Notes: generated from the sequence alone by a model not told the origin. A stretch of DNA of 64,000 bases from Owenia fusiformis (GCA_903813345.2 CAIIXF020000001.1:9548001-9612000), one strand, 5' to 3'; counted from the first letter of the stretch, positions 28,783 through 42,780 are shown. Made by a program: numbers and translations.

Positions 28783-29212
28783 GTGGGTGGACGTCATGGG
28801 GAGTAAGTCACCCTCCCCCCCCTCCCTCCCCCTCTCTTTTATAGACTACCCTATAATATAGAGTATGATAGAGAGGAGGTTACTTACTCCCCGTGGTAAA
28901 AGTGTTTAGACATCCCAAACTTTTTAGTCTTGCTTCTAGACCCTGGACCCTCTCTTATCTACTTTGTGTTTTGAAGTTGATAGGGGGTCCACTGTCTTGA
29001 AGCAAGACTATCTCGTTTAGGAAAGAATTTATTTTTGCACGATACATTCCTTGACTTGACCTTGTAAACAGCTCCTACAACTTTGATATCAAATTCCAAT
29101 TAATTTCTTAGCATAACGTTTCATCATTTTGAAATCTTACATATGAGTTGTATACTGTACATCGATTGTGTTTTTGAAATGCAATTGTACATACGTATGT
29201 TTTATTGTTTAG

Positions 29213-29306
29213 ACATCCTGTAGAGAGTCACCTCCATAGCAGGTGGAACACAAGGTCCGTGAAGACAGTGGTCAGAAAAGGAGACGATCTGTTAAACAGA
29301 AAAAGG
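29213..29306 (+). CDS. GPCR exon: ICL3
   Basis: ttattgtttag|(R)HPVESHLHSRWNTRSVKTVVRKGDDLLNRKR|gttcgt. The phases fit both neighbouring exons. Confidence 0.8.
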
Positions 29307-29758
29307 GTTCGTCAGATATATTAAAATTCCAATTACTATCTAGTAATTTTCTTTTGTATGGTAATCTTAATTGTAATCAACTTTTCTTGTCATCTTGTCC
29401 TTTTTAAGATGTTCAATAACATCAGTCATGTTATTTCCGACAGCATCGCGAGGATATCCACCCGTCTAAATAACAAGAAAAGTCGTTTTTTATAAATGCC
29501 GATTATTCAACAAATGACTTATTAATTTGACCGCAATTGTAGCAACTGATGGATGATGAGAAATTGGTGTTAACTACACTTGTAGACACTTATGATCATT
29601 ATGACCTAACTTGGTTAAGCTGTTAGGGGCGTTGATCAAGTTCTGCTCCTCTGATTGGTTGGGGAAATGGAGCGTGACACGAGGTAGAAATCCCTGGGAA
29701 GAAACTTCTTGCAAAACTTATTACAAAATGTATTTTTGATATTTGTTGTTATTTGTAG

Positions 29759-29955
29759 GTCATCAAAATGCTTATAGTTGTCGTCTTGATCTTCTTTTTC
29801 TCTTGGGGACCGATCACATTGTATACGGTTATCAGCCAGTTTGGAGTGGGCTTGCTGAAATATTACCATATAAAACAACGCCTCAGATTGTACCTGGCAA
29901 CGCTCGCATATATGAACAGCTGTTTAAATCCCGTTGTCTACGCATTCATGTCCAG
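29759..29955 (+). CDS. GPCR exon: TM6 to TM7
   Basis: atttgtag|VIKMLIVVVLIFFFSWGP...LAYMNSCLNPVVYAFMS-AG|gtacgt, with the NPxxY motif. Confidence 0.93.
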
Positions 29956-30227
29956 GTACGTTAATAGCAAAATCAGTTCAGTCCAAGTAAATATCAGATC
30001 TATTTATGTTTTGTTCCCGAAGCATTAACGTGATTCTATTTAGCTTCATTCGAGGGATGATTTGGTTCAATGATTTTGAAATGGTAATGAAACACAAAAT
30101 GGAAATCAAGACTTGCGAGTACATGGCGTTTAAAACACATTATGCATTTTTCATAAATACTATTCATATCAAGAATTGTATACATAATTCCGGCATAACC
30201 GCCCAAATGGGCATTGTATAATTTCAG

Positions 30228-30429
30228 CCACTTTCGCATAGGATTCAAGAAGTGTTTCTATTGCTTTGTGAAGAAGCGCCCTCGAACGAAACACGGAGGG
30301 CACTCGACCAGTGACTTCAGAGCACACCACAATGGTAGTTCAGTCAAAAGTCGTGTATCTTACACCGAATCTAACACATCAATGACAACTGTACAATATT
30401 CCAGTCAACCTCAACCAAACATGTTATAA
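30228..30429 (+). CDS. GPCR last exon: helix 8 and Ser/Thr-rich C-tail
   Basis: atttcag|HFRIGFKKCFYCF...QPNML*. The spliced total from ATG 14408 is 1572 nt (523 aa). Confidence 0.88.
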
Positions 30430-31028
30430 AACACTGAATATAAAAATGGAGAGATATTTAGAATTTTTGTGATCAGTGATGTACTGTTTAATTGTCGTAT
30501 CAGATGACCTTGCATGCTACGTTTTTCATTTCGACATTATGGAATTTCATTATTTGGGTGGCTTTGGTAGTCAATATATTGAAATACTTTCTTTTATCCA
30601 AGGTTCCACCCTAGATATGGTGTTAATTAACACGTCAGGGACGCAGCTATACTCACAGAACAGTCAACAACAAAATGAAAGCACCTGTTTATGACAACTG
30701 TAGTAGCTTAGTATATAACTATTATGATATTGACACAATAAACGAGATAATCAATGAAAAACGCTTAAATTGAACTTATGTTCATTGAAAGACATTAAAG
30801 AAATACATCACTGTCAACAACAGCTTGGCAGTTTAAGACAATTAAATGAAGAATTAATTAGAATTAACTACCAGTTGATACCCATGTGAATTAAAAACGA
30901 CATATATGTGTGACAGGGAAAAGTTACGCCTTTCCAACGTTTTAACATTGGAGAACAAGCGTCTATGCAGAGAAAAAATATGATGAAGCGGACCACCTTG
31001 CAAGGATTATTTAATTAGATTATCAACA

Positions 31029-31080
31029 ATGATGCGTTTGTTGTACCTCGTCATTTGGATATTGGCGTCTGAATACAAAG
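31029..31080 (+). CDS. Ly6/three-finger gene A, exon 1 (signal peptide)
   Basis: MMRLLYLVIWILASEYK-G|gtaaac, phase 1, matching exon 2. Confidence 0.75.
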
Positions 31081-31489
31081 GTAAACATATTTATTTGTAA
31101 CCATGGTTTTAGTTGTCTCACGTCGACAAATTAAAATAAGTTCAGCGGTCTTTATTGGAGTACTGGATCAATGTAGTGCGTATGGCATTGTAAATAAAAG
31201 AAAATCAGGATGTCTCTGATCCCTTTGATTGTGAACAACTATTCAAACACAAATAAAAGGAGATGAATGAGATTATAATGTTAAAGTGTCAATAATTGAA
31301 AACTGATGGCTAAAACCATGTGAAGATTTAACATTGATTAACGACCCCTTACTTCACCGCAAATTGAATTGATAATGCCGCTGCATCTCTTAAAGTTAAA
31401 AATAAGTAAATTTGAAACTTTCCTCAAGATTAAATCCATGTCGATATGATAGTACTCTGGAAATTGAATATTTAATATGTCCTTTACAG

Positions 31490-31654
31490 CGATGGGTTTG
31501 GAGTGGTGTTACCATTGCATCTATACGACGGAAACTATGGCAAATGATCGAGACTACGCATGCGTGACATCTCCATGGAGAATGGGTCAAGCGTCGTCCC
31601 AGATCCCCTGTATCTTCAGCAAATACTGTTCTACGTTCCGTCAAGTGGAAAAAT
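31490..31654 (+). CDS. Ly6/three-finger gene A, exon 2 (Cys1-5)
   Basis: cctttacag|AMGLEWCYHCIYTTETMANDRDYACVTSPW...PCIFSKYCSTFRQVEK-T|gtaaga. Confidence 0.85.
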
Positions 31655-32997
31655 GTAAGACAACACATTCGGGTCATAATCACACTTATGAGGACTACAT
31701 GTCCTAATTACTAATGCAATAGCTTAATCCGTCCATCAGAAAAATAACTATGTTTCTAAGAGAAAATAAAATCTATCATTAATTATTAAGTCTTCATCAT
31801 ATTACGGACTTGTTTTTACATGCTAATATAATGGAATAATGTAATTATCCACTCCATATGCTCAGGCTATAGTCTAAGTAAGTGATACATTACTATTATA
31901 TTTGGTGATGACATAGTAATGGTATTATATTTTAAGATAAATAACGAGGAGAGTGCGATCATTTTGTCGAAATCTATCATTTATTATTTTGTCGTCGTGT
32001 TACAGACTTGAACAACACCTAAATAATTGAAATGGAATAATGCAATCATCTACTTCATCTGAAAAAAACATTCTTCAAGCTATAGTCTAAGTAAGCCGAT
32101 GCTTGGTGATGACATACTAATGACTTTATACACTAAATAACAAGTATCATTCTCTCGAGTTTCCTTTGTAAAATTCATATCTTTGATAATTCAATTCTAA
32201 TTTTCAAAGTTGTATCTGGAACAATCCCCCTTTATATGATAATGGTTAATATGGCTACCCCGGGTATTTTGTAAAGTAAAATGTTCTCAGCATATAAAAA
32301 TGTCACAATTGTGTGTTTTTTAGAAACTTACTACTTACTTACTTTTTAGGAACATTGCTCTCATGGTAAATTAGAGTGAAATCACTGTGACATTCTAAGT
32401 TATAGATGAATACGGAGACAATAGTTAATCAGATAATACATTGTTGGGATTAGTTTTTACCACGTTCAAGATAATTCTTTGAAACCCTGGGGCTGAATTA
32501 CCCTATGCATTCGTTCGACTTCACTATTGAACATTTCAAACGTATTCTATCTTTTAAAAGGGAGGCCCATATTGTTCCCTATCAACCACCCTACAGTTTT
32601 AGATCTCGAGTACAACATGTTAAAGTAATCAGCTAAGTTCGGGCAACGTGATCTTCTAGCCTTTCAAGTAGCCGTACAACCTATTCTCTAAATAAAAAAG
32701 TTTGCTTCGAATTATCTCAATTACCTGTATGATCCACGTCATAAAGAAGTTAGTAAAGTTCAGCTTGTTATTAAGTCAAAAAATAATTGCGTCAAGGATA
32801 CTGCTTTGCAATTAAAAACGTGAATAGCAATGGGTCATGGCTATTGGCCATAAAATGGACGATGATGGTCTTTCCTCAAGCCCGTTACGCTTTATTTCAT
32901 ATTATCATTCGAGGCGATTAGTTGAAAGGTTCTTACATTTTTTATACTGATAACGTAAATAGTTGCATAATTAATTTGGTGTATTGATTTCTTTCAG

Positions 32998-33821
32998 CGA
33001 CAGGGCGAATAGTGTCTTTCTCTAGAAACTGTGACAACAATTGGCGTGGCAACAACTGTATCCATGACAACCAATATGTTACGTGTTTTACGTCATGCAC
33101 CACCGACTATTGCAACGACGGTAATGGAATTCCATCTAAGGAAGCACGCCAAAGAAAACAATCAATCATAATTAGAGAGCAAACTACCCTTAAACCTACT
33201 TTGATTAACAGGTTTATGAAATTCAAACCTAGCAAAGAAACCACAAAGCCTGAACAATCAAGAAGAGAAAATATGAATAAGAGTACTAATGTGAGTGATT
33301 TATCAAATAAATCGAAGGTTACTAGGCCAAGCTTGGAAGGGGAAGTATCAAGACAACGCGTAACTAAAAATCATTTTGGATTTAGGTCCATGAACAGACT
33401 TCCAGTTGCCCCTCAAATCCCCAAATCCTTGTATCCTTTCCGCAATCGAAACTTCAACAAAACGAAAGATGGAGCTGTTAGTCAGAAAAAAGCAACCTCG
33501 CCAAAGTTAGTTACCCCTGGGAGTAAACACGTGACTCCAAAAGAAAAAACTAGAGACACGCTAAATAGACCTTTATATCTGAGCCCAACCACTCCAGTTG
33601 TAAGACAAACTCAGGATAAACGGGGAAATAACATTGTTCTTGATGGTAAAAGGAATGGTAGAGGTAATCGTCGACGAGGATACAAAAGAGATGGTCAGAA
33701 TTGTGGCTATGGAAATAGACCTTGTAATATTGCTAAAGGACTCCATGCAAAATCTTTTGAATCACTTTATTGTGTTTTATTCACATATGTATATTTAATG
33801 GTCATAAATTATTCAATGTAA
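32998..33821 (+). CDS. Ly6/three-finger gene A, exon 3 (Cys6-10, long basic stalk, hydrophobic tail); spliced protein ~346 aa
   Basis: ctttcag|STGRIVSFSRNCDNNWRGNNCIHDNQYVTCFTSCTTDYCN... ending SLYCVLFTYVYLMVINYSM*. Confidence 0.85.
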
Positions 33822-36591
33822 CTAATATATTGATGTTAAGACTTGTTTTCTGTGTCACACGTAAGGGTGTGGTCAAACAAGCCTTGGCAATGACAGGCAT
33901 GTCGAGGCGAAAAATAACATGCCTGGGCAAACATATGGGCGGAATCGAGCATGCATCACCAGGGCATCCTGATTATCATTCCTCAATCTTACCACACTTA
34001 AACAGTGGAGTCTATTTATCACCGTATCAGTTCAGTACTTACGCTAAGTCGTAGGCGTGACTGCTTGTGGCTGATTAGTGTTTGTATTAAAATGATTTGC
34101 GATTTGTCATTTTGTCATACTTGAGCTTCCAGCAAGTCAAGTAATTTCGAATCTTGGTAAAATCATCCCAAGGTCAACTCAACCCTGATGCTTTAAGTAC
34201 AATATGATATTAATATTAATAATCAGAAATTGTAACGTTGATACATTTTTATAAAGTACAAAAATGTTGTACTCCAGTATAAATATCATAAAAGTATACT
34301 TAAATATGCAGGGTGACACAAAAATACCACCGACTAATTTTGAAACATCTTTTCGAAGATTTTTTTTGTGATATGTACGTTCAATTTTTTTTATTGTGAT
34401 GCCTATTTTTAATTTAATATACTCATTCATCTGCTAATATCATGCCAGATATGATAAATCCAGACTCGGATGAATGGATTACAGGTGACTAGTATTGCAT
34501 CGTATCGTCACTAAGAATCTCTGGGAATAAAATGTATATATTACATTGGGGTTAAGTCGAGAACAACCTGGATATCCGAACACCTAGCTAAATCATACAC
34601 CTTTCAATCCAAACACATATTTTCACCCCTTCTCTTTTTCAATGACTTCCATGTTCAAAAACCTTGAAAAGTGAACACCTCTCAGTTTGAACAGTGAATA
34701 GTCATATTTGAAAATTAACCCGTCATACTTTTCATTAAACATCATAAGTTTTAAACAAAGTCGCTTAAACACAAACATGGTTCAGATAAGTTATTCTAAA
34801 GGGATGTCCATTTCGCATTGACTGAAATCTAACGTTCACTAATTTAAGAAAAACGAGACGTGTCTGATATGTTTGAAAGAAACATAGCTAATCATAATAT
34901 AATTACTTAATTTACTCTGGATGTATAAATTTAGTCAAGATATGCATGTTTTTATTTCTTGGACAGCGAAAACTTGTCGATTTATTAGAAAATCAAACAG
35001 ATGCATTTAATCAAATCAGAACGATGTAATTTTCCAATCAGTCATTAATAATTAAATTATAAATGTAATCAGAAGTCTCAGACTAATTTAGGAGGACAGG
35101 ATGTGTCTGACCGAAAACAATTGGACTAACTTTTTGTGACTACGGGAGGGGTTTCGGCGTCTATTACATGGCGTCTGTAACAAATGACAGATGGTGACAT
35201 TTTACGCTTTGTTACTTAAAATGGCGTATTTTAAGTGTTCCATAGCAAAAAAGACTTACCATTATGTTACATTTCATCGCCGTATTATATTTATTCCCAA
35301 TGGATTGAAAAGTACTCAATCTCATTCTAGTCCAAAATGGCCGCATCGGGCGTACAATAAATTGTCAAAATTAAATATTTTCGATCCGTTAAAGTTTTAT
35401 GCCATATTTTTCAAATGTCAAACGTCAGGTGGCAAAAATATCTACGTCATGATTCATTTAATTCAAAGTGTTGATCATATTCGCCATCTATATTCATTCA
35501 AAGTAATTTAAAATCACCTTTGTGAAAAGTTTGCTCACGCTGGTAGCGATCTTTGAACGTGTATAGCTTTTTCTGTGGGTTATCTCTTCTCGCTTCAATA
35601 TTTACACAAAGGAAGCTTTGAATAGTACGCATTTCACTGTGTGAGGAACATATTTCCACGATTGTCCATGTCATTTGTTAAAGTAAAGTTAATTGCATTC
35701 TTGCATTTAAAGTAATACAGCTCGAGTTAAAGGCAATTTTAGCAAAAATATTTCATATCACATGAAGAACATTGTCTTACCTTGATATTAGGATATATTC
35801 AACTCATAGTACTGAAGGGTATAGGAGATTTCTCATATTGAAGTGGGTACATTGAAATAGATTTTGCATCACCCAGTTCAGAATTGCGCACTGAAGTTGA
35901 TGACGTCGGCAAAATAGGTTTGTGTACATATTTTCTTGCATGTCTCAGAGCAATCTGGCATATTAAACTTGTGAGAAAATTTGACCTACTTTTGAAAATA
36001 GTTATTTTCGCGTTCTGTACATAGTAATTACACAATAGTTATTCTTTTGCTAGAAAGAAATTTAGTGTAGAAAACCGTCAGAAATAAGTGGAACTAAGAA
36101 TATTAAAATTCCCCTAGCGTCTCCATTGGAGGAGCTTAAAGGTCATAGCCTCTTTCTGATTATTAGTCACATGATCTTTGACTAGGGAATCCCAAACAAT
36201 GTGCATATTTGACCAAAATCTTCTGTTAAAAACGCTGAACTGTGAAAGCCAAACACAACTAAGGTCAGTCAAAACGATGTTAATATGTACCATTGTTCTT
36301 TGGGATTCAGTATTTCTTATTCGTATAAAGGTTGAACTAACATTTCATCTGTGCTGTATAACTTCAACTTATATAAATAGTTAGATTAAACAATTAAACG
36401 GTTTGTGTACGATGTAAGAACATTATTGTACATTTTGTTCGCATATAAAGGTATGTAACAGGACACAATTTTAATTTCTATAAAATATGTACTACGTATG
36501 AATGTATGTTTTGTGAATCTTATATACTTGAGCAAAATAGAGCCTCCAAGTGCGCTCCTTAGTGATTTTTAAATTGCCTCTTCTGCACTTA

Positions 36592-37420
36592 GGTTCCAAT
36601 ACACCGTTGGAAAGCTGAGAGTGTCAGCTTTAAGAATCCAACCTACATTAGAATTTTCGCTGAGTGCAAAATTAGATATTAACCCTTTCATTAACTAGGG
36701 GTTAAATTAAGAAATCGATCGTGCTTTTTCAATCAAAATATATTTGTCCAATCGATTTCTATTTTCAATCTAAATATCCATAACAACAAATGTTGTGGTC
36801 TAGGCAACACAACAGTATATAATTATGATGTTTTCATTTTGTGGTTATGATTAAATTTCCTCTTTGAAATTACCACCCAAATACCCATAAAAACAATGCC
36901 AAGTTTCTTTTTTACATCATCATTTTTCATATAAATCAAGAGAGTGTACTTTAATTGCATACAGGATATACCCCTTGGGTATGAAAGGGTTAATATCTAA
37001 TTTTGCATTCGCTTGAAATTCAATTGGAGGTCAGATTCTAAACTGACCCTTCAGCTTTCCAACGGTGTATTGGAACTACACACTTTTTTCAAATATCCAA
37101 TCTCATTTCGACCGAAAACAAAAATTCTGAAGCATTTTGTAGCATAACGGGGCCACTGAACTTAATGACCCCTATCTTGGTTCAAACTTTTAAATGTTCT
37201 CCAAAGTATAATTTGACATTGAATTAGTTATTGTAAACCTAAAAATAATCCATTCTGGCCAAAGGGGGTAGTTGTCAATTTGAAATTGATTTTCATAAAA
37301 TTAATAAATGACCCTTGGGGATGAAAGCGTTAATATCTAATTTTGCATTCACTAAAAATTCAAATAGAGGTCAGATTCTTATAGCTGACCCTTTCAGCTT
37401 TCCAACGGTACATTGGAACC
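36592..37420. mobile_element. PIF/Harbinger-type MITE with TTA TSD
   Basis: TTA-GGTTCCAATACACCGTTGGAAAGCTGA ... TCAGCTTTCCAACGGTACATTGGAACC-TTA, with an extra internal copy of the right end at ~36985-37077. Confidence 0.75.
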
Positions 37421-37498
37421 TTAGTTCAGAAGTGGTCATTTATATCATATATAGTGTTTGGATACTGTTTGGTTTTGTTGCCCAAAGTTTCGATCAGA

Positions 37499-38126
37499 CT
37501 GTTACGCGGTAAACTCGATACAAAATATATGTCATATTCCGCAACGAATATGACATATTCACTTGCGGTGTATGACAGATTCACCTGCGGTATATGTCAT
37601 ACACACTAACAAATGAGAACGTGATACGGAAGTACGCAATTGTCAATAACTGCATCCATTGAACGAACAAGTAAAACGTTATAGATTAATATAATGATTA
37701 CTGAATCAACAGTACTGTGTATCGAATATATTAACTTAGCAGAAGTTTCATTCACCAATCTCGCGTAATAAACTTACTGAATCAATCCAGGATTCATATA
37801 CTAACTAACTATATTGGTAATCCAGCGTAGTTTTACATTTAGAGTCGATTCTCGCAACCAATCAAATCAAGGCTTTCTGTATCACGTTTTCACCTGCGGT
37901 ATATGTCATATTCACCTGCGGTGTATGGCATATTCCGCAAGTGAGTATGTCATATTCCGCAGGTGCGTATCGGATATTCACTGAAATCAATGTATCGCAT
38001 ATTCACTGCGGAATATCGCATACTCACCTGCGGAATATGCCATATACCGCAGGTGAGTATGGCATATTCACCTGTGTCACAAATACCGCGCAACCATGAA
38101 TGTATGCCATATACCGCGTAAAACAG
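37499..38126. mobile_element. Probable MITE with arrays of short subterminal repeats
   Basis: The ends ctgttacgcggta / taccgcgtaaaacag are inverted. Many direct and inverted copies of catattcacctgcgg / ccgcaggtg occur at ~37525-37600 and ~37885-38115. Confidence 0.55.
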
Positions 38127-39164
38127 ACGTGCACACTTTGTGCGATGTTATTGACGACACAAGCGGATCCATTGGTAGATATGGCTCTTATCCTGAAAGA
38201 TAAACATGCCACGGTGATAAAACTTGCTAAACTCAAAGACCAACTTTACTGAAGCCGAAAAAGATTTTTCAAGCTCTATATGTTTCATTTTCAAAAACGA
38301 TCCATGTTCATTCTGAAGTATAGCTTGTAATATCTCTTATGTAAATATATGAAATATTAAATATTCATTAAATATTCCATACATACCAAAGCAATTTACC
38401 AAACCTTTACCCAGCAGTCTATCGAATGTTCTTTTTATTTTATCGAATATAATAATCTATACATTTTATATTCACTAATTATAAATAATAGTTTCACTTG
38501 TTCTTTGTGTTGGCATTTACATTTGATATTCATACATGTATTTGTGCGATTCAGCGAATCAATTTGTTTTCCTTAACGCACGTATACTTTCGGTATTTGA
38601 ATTTATATTCGGTAAGTATCGAATAACATATTCGATAAATTTCGTTATTTCTCGTTACTTTACGAGACTTTCAATCACGTGAGAATGAAAACCATGTAGA
38701 ATAGATGTGCGACCATTTTGCAAAACTCGAGGTCACGTGACAAAATATCGAACAACAACGAAAGTTATCGAATATTGCTTTGTTGGATTCGGTAAATAGC
38801 AAATTAGCTTTCGGTAAAATGCATTAAGTATGTTATAGAAAAATAAATCATTTGATAAGTACAGACAAACTAATATCGACAGGGTTCAAACAGAAATTCG
38901 ATATTGCGGATATAATGTGTTACTCTTAAGGAATACCATAACAATTTACGCAAGAAATATATCATTTAGCAAATAAAATATGTAATTTAATGCACATAGT
39001 ATTTAAGAGATTTAATCTATTTAATGAATAAAGAAGCAAATAAAATGCCAACTGAACATCATTTTAATGATTAATACACTATTTCCCATAGTCAATGCGT
39101 ATCAAAAAACGCAACAAACTGTTGTCTCTGAAAATCATAAAGTCAGTGATAATAGCATTGATTT

Positions 39165-39975
39165 CATTCAATGTGCCATAAAGCCATGTGTCTCCTCTTA
39201 CCAATGGCATGTCAATTCTATTGATGTTGAGTTATGGTTGGGCGAATAATCATTCCTTTTGCAAAGGACCAAAATTAACTTTTGACCAAGTTATAAGCAT
39301 CGCAAAAGTCAGTGAACTGGGCCAGGTGCTATGGGAAGAAACCATAAAACTAGTGATGACTACATCCTTTTCATTCAATGTACCACAAAGCCACATTTCT
39401 TCTTTTTGCAATCAGCTCGAGCTCAGGACCGAGTTTTAAACATTGCTGCAAAAGTCAGTGCTCGGTGCATTTGTGCTATTGGAAGATGAGAAAGGTGTGA
39501 CATAGAAAGTTAAGTGTTTATACTCATGCTCTTGCAACCTTGCATCCCATACCCCTCACTATGGCCACCATTTCTTTGCATACACAAATTGGCTCATCTC
39601 TCTATGCCATGCATGGCTCAGCCCAAAGTCATCTGTGGATTCAGGTGGAGAACGGCAGCCCATTAGCGATTCTTTCTCGACGTTTATCAGTATCTGGTGG
39701 AGGAATGGTGACCACTCTGCTCCTGAGGTGCTCATGAGCTCCAAAAGAAAAAGTCACATCAAGTCAGGTCAGGAGAACTACCATTAGCATTTAGCCCTTG
39801 CACTGACTTTCGCAATATCTGAAACTTCATCCAAAGTCGATTTTGGCCTACAGTGCAAATGTAATGATTTTTCACCCAACCATGACGTCATGTGAATGAA
39901 TGACATACCATTCCAAAGAGGAGAGACGTGGCTTTATGGTACATAATGAAAGTAATGTAGTCATCACTGGCTTTG
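39165..39975. repeat. Imperfect inverted repeats, probably a decayed transposon
   Basis: agtgatgactacat...ttcatt...gtaccacaaagccac (~39352-39395) is inverted at ~39925-39968; cgcaaaagtcagtg is inverted as cactgacttttcgc (~39801). Confidence 0.5.
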
Positions 39976-40325
39976 TTGTTTCATTTTTCAATGAACTTTT
40001 TTGGAACATTGAAAGATAAAAGAGCGTATTCTTGAGACTAATTAAACCTTCCTGGAGTAACGTTTGAATATCCATATACAGTATAAGGAATAATTCAATC
40101 CAAACATAAAGCAGTATATAATACTTCAACACATGCTCCCCAATACTGAGTTTACACATACTGTCACATTGACGGGACAGCTGTTGTCATTGCAAATTAA
40201 ATACACTGTACCATGTTTGTGAGAACGAAATTATCTTATTAAACAACATTAAATTGTGTTATATGTACATCGCAATTAAAATGATTTAACGTGTTAAAAT
40301 GGTAGAATATATAACATCATTAACA

Positions 40326-40386
40326 ATGAATCTTGTTTGGAAAAACTTTAGGATTTGTCTGTTTCTAGGAGTTTTCTTCAGCATAG
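40326..40386 (+). CDS. Ly6/three-finger gene B, exon 1 (signal peptide)
   Basis: MNLVWKNFRICLFLGVFFSI-G|gtgagt, phase 1. Confidence 0.75.
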
Positions 40387-40406
40387 GTGAGTAAAGATTT
40401 CTATTC

Positions 40407-41401
40407 CAGGGTGTTCAAAAAAACGCTACCCAAAGAAATCGCTATATCTTGAAAAATACTGGTTCAATTATGTTCATATTTTCAGGAAATAAAGAAGAGA
40501 CTGTGTATGTATAGCTCTTGTAAATGGTTAGTTGTAAAACATGATGCCTTGGACACCTGCTCAAGAGACAGTTGTGCTAGGAAAATACGAAAAACGCAGT
40601 CAGGGGTGACTGCAACCGGAAAAAAACTAAGTGACTCCCTAACCATAGTGTTTTGGCTAGATTCAAATTTGGCGTAAATCATCTTCATTCACTGTATGGT
40701 AAATCTATAGAGAGGAATCAAAATCACTTCAGGGACTTTACAGTCATGGTCGAAATGCTTTCAAATCGCAGTCAAACGCCCTGGTTCAGGGAGATTTAAG
40801 AAGGCATTTTGACCATGACTGTAAAGTCCCTGGAGCATTCTGGTATGCCAGAGCCCCTCTTATCTGCCGTTTGCGGAAGGAAAAAGACAAAGGGGGCGCG
40901 GCTATCGCGATGTCCCTGGAGTAATTTTGATGAAACTCCACAAATTCACCACACATGTACAATTGAATGAGGATAATTTGTGCCAAATCTGAAGTGCCAA
41001 GTTATTTGGTTTTATTGCTGTGGCAGTCACCTCTCACTGCGTTTTTATATTTTCCTAGTACAACTGTCATTTGAGCAGGTATCCAAGGCATCATGTTTTA
41101 CAACTTACTGACAACAGGCGCTATACGTACACACACAGTCTCTTCTTTCTTTTCCTGAAAAAAGAACAAAATTGAATCAGTATTTTCCAAGATAAAGTGA
41201 TTTTCCATTCACGTTTTTCGTATTTTGCTAGTACAAGTGTCTTTTGAGCAAGTGTCCAAGACATCATGTTTTACAACTAACTAACAACAGGGGCTATACA
41301 TACACAGTCTCTTCTTTCTTTCCTGAAAATATGAACATAATTGGATTAGTATTTTCCAAGATATAGCGATTTCTTTGGGTTGCGTTTTTTTGAACACCTT
41401 G
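40407..41401. mobile_element. Tc1/mariner-type MITE with ~200-bp TIRs in intron 1 of gene B
   Basis: CAGGGTGTTCAAAAAAACGCTACCCAAAGAAATCGCTATATCTTG ... CAAGATATAGCGATTTCTTTGGGTTGCGTTTTTTTGAACACCTTG-TA. The right arm carries a ~170-bp internal duplication. Confidence 0.85.
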
Positions 41402-41853
41402 TATATTGTAAATCATTGCCCTGGGCGAAGCCAGTTATGAGGCAAGCGAGGCAATTGCCTCACCAAAAATGTATGTATTCATTCAGACGTTATTTCAACC
41501 AAAACTGTGGAAGTGAAGTCCAAATACACTAATAGCTCAATTTTACACACCTTTTTGTCCATCATGTTACAGTGAAAACGTGTCCCTGTAGTGTGATCTT
41601 GGGTGGCATGGCAGTCACAAGTAGAAATCTTACAAAATTTGAAAGCCATGTTATTTGTCCAAGTTGCAGGATCGGAACTGATTTTTAAATTAAATAATCA
41701 AATCAAATATGACTTATATGAGCAGATTCGTAAAAACGTGTGTAACAAAGACTGTGTAGAGTAAGTTTAGAGTAAGTTTCGAAACCCTGTTAACAATTCT
41801 ACAATAGTTATTGCTCTAATCATTCCATGCCTACTTTTAAGACTTTCCAATAG

Positions 41854-42009
41854 TTGAAGGAGTGAATTGGTGCTACCATTGTATCTACACAGCCGAAGCC
41901 AACGTGCCGAACCTTGATCCAACCTGCATCTACAAACCACAGAGAGTTGCATATAGCAAATACCCGTGCAATGTCAAATACTGCACGACATACAAGAGGA
42001 CAAATATCG
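41854..42009 (+). CDS. Ly6/three-finger gene B, exon 2 (Cys1-5), using the first donor
   Basis: ttccaatag|VEGVNWCYHCIYTAEANVPNLDPTCIYKPQRVAYSKYPCNVKYCTTYKRTNI-G|gtaggt; paralogous to gene A exon 2. Confidence 0.85.
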
Positions 42010-42780
42010 GTAGGTACATAGCCAACCGCAATTACCCGTGCAATGTGAAATACTGCACGACATACAAGAGGACAAATATCGGTAGGTACATAGCCAACCG
42101 CAATTACCCGTGCAATGTCAAATACTGCACGACATACAAGAGGAAAAATATCGGTAGGTACATAGCCAACCGCAATAATCCGTGCAATGTCAAATAATGT
42201 TCTACATACAAGAGGACAAACATCGGTAGGTACATAACCAACCGCAATTACCCGTGCAATGTCAAATACTGCACGACATACAAGAGGACAAATATCGGTA
42301 GGTACATAGCCAACCGCAATTACCCGTGCAATGTCAAATAATGCACGACATACAAGAGGACAAATATCGGTAGGTACATAGCCAACCGCAATTACCCGTG
42401 CAATGTCAAATACTGCACGACATACAAGAGGACAAATATCGGTAGGTACATAGCCAACCGCAATTACCCGTGCAATGTCAAATACTGCACGACATACAAG
42501 AGGACAAATATCGGTAGGTACATAGCCAATCGCAATTACTCGTGCAATGTCAAATTCTGCACGACATACAAGAGGACAAATATCGGTATGTACATAGCCA
42601 ACCGCAATTACCCGTGCAATGTCAAATAATGTTCTACATACAAGAGGACAAATATCGGTAGGTACATAGCCAACCGCAAAAATGAACATACAGTAGCCAA
42701 CAGCAAGTACCCAAACAATGTCAAATAATACAGTACATACAAGAAGACAAATATTGGTAGGTGCAAAGCCAACAGCAAAT
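41961..42780 (+). repeat. 72-bp minisatellite spanning the exon-2/intron boundary: 10 good copies plus a degenerate one, with further remnants at ~43737-43850
   Basis: The unit tacccgtgcaatgtcaaatactgcacgacatacaagaggacaaatatcg|gtaggtacatagccaaccgcaat occurs at 41961, 42033 ... 42609. Confidence 0.95.

Noticed and set aside
41820-42689. 289-aa minus-strand ORF
   Set aside because: Antisense reading of the 72-bp minisatellite and gene B exon 2.
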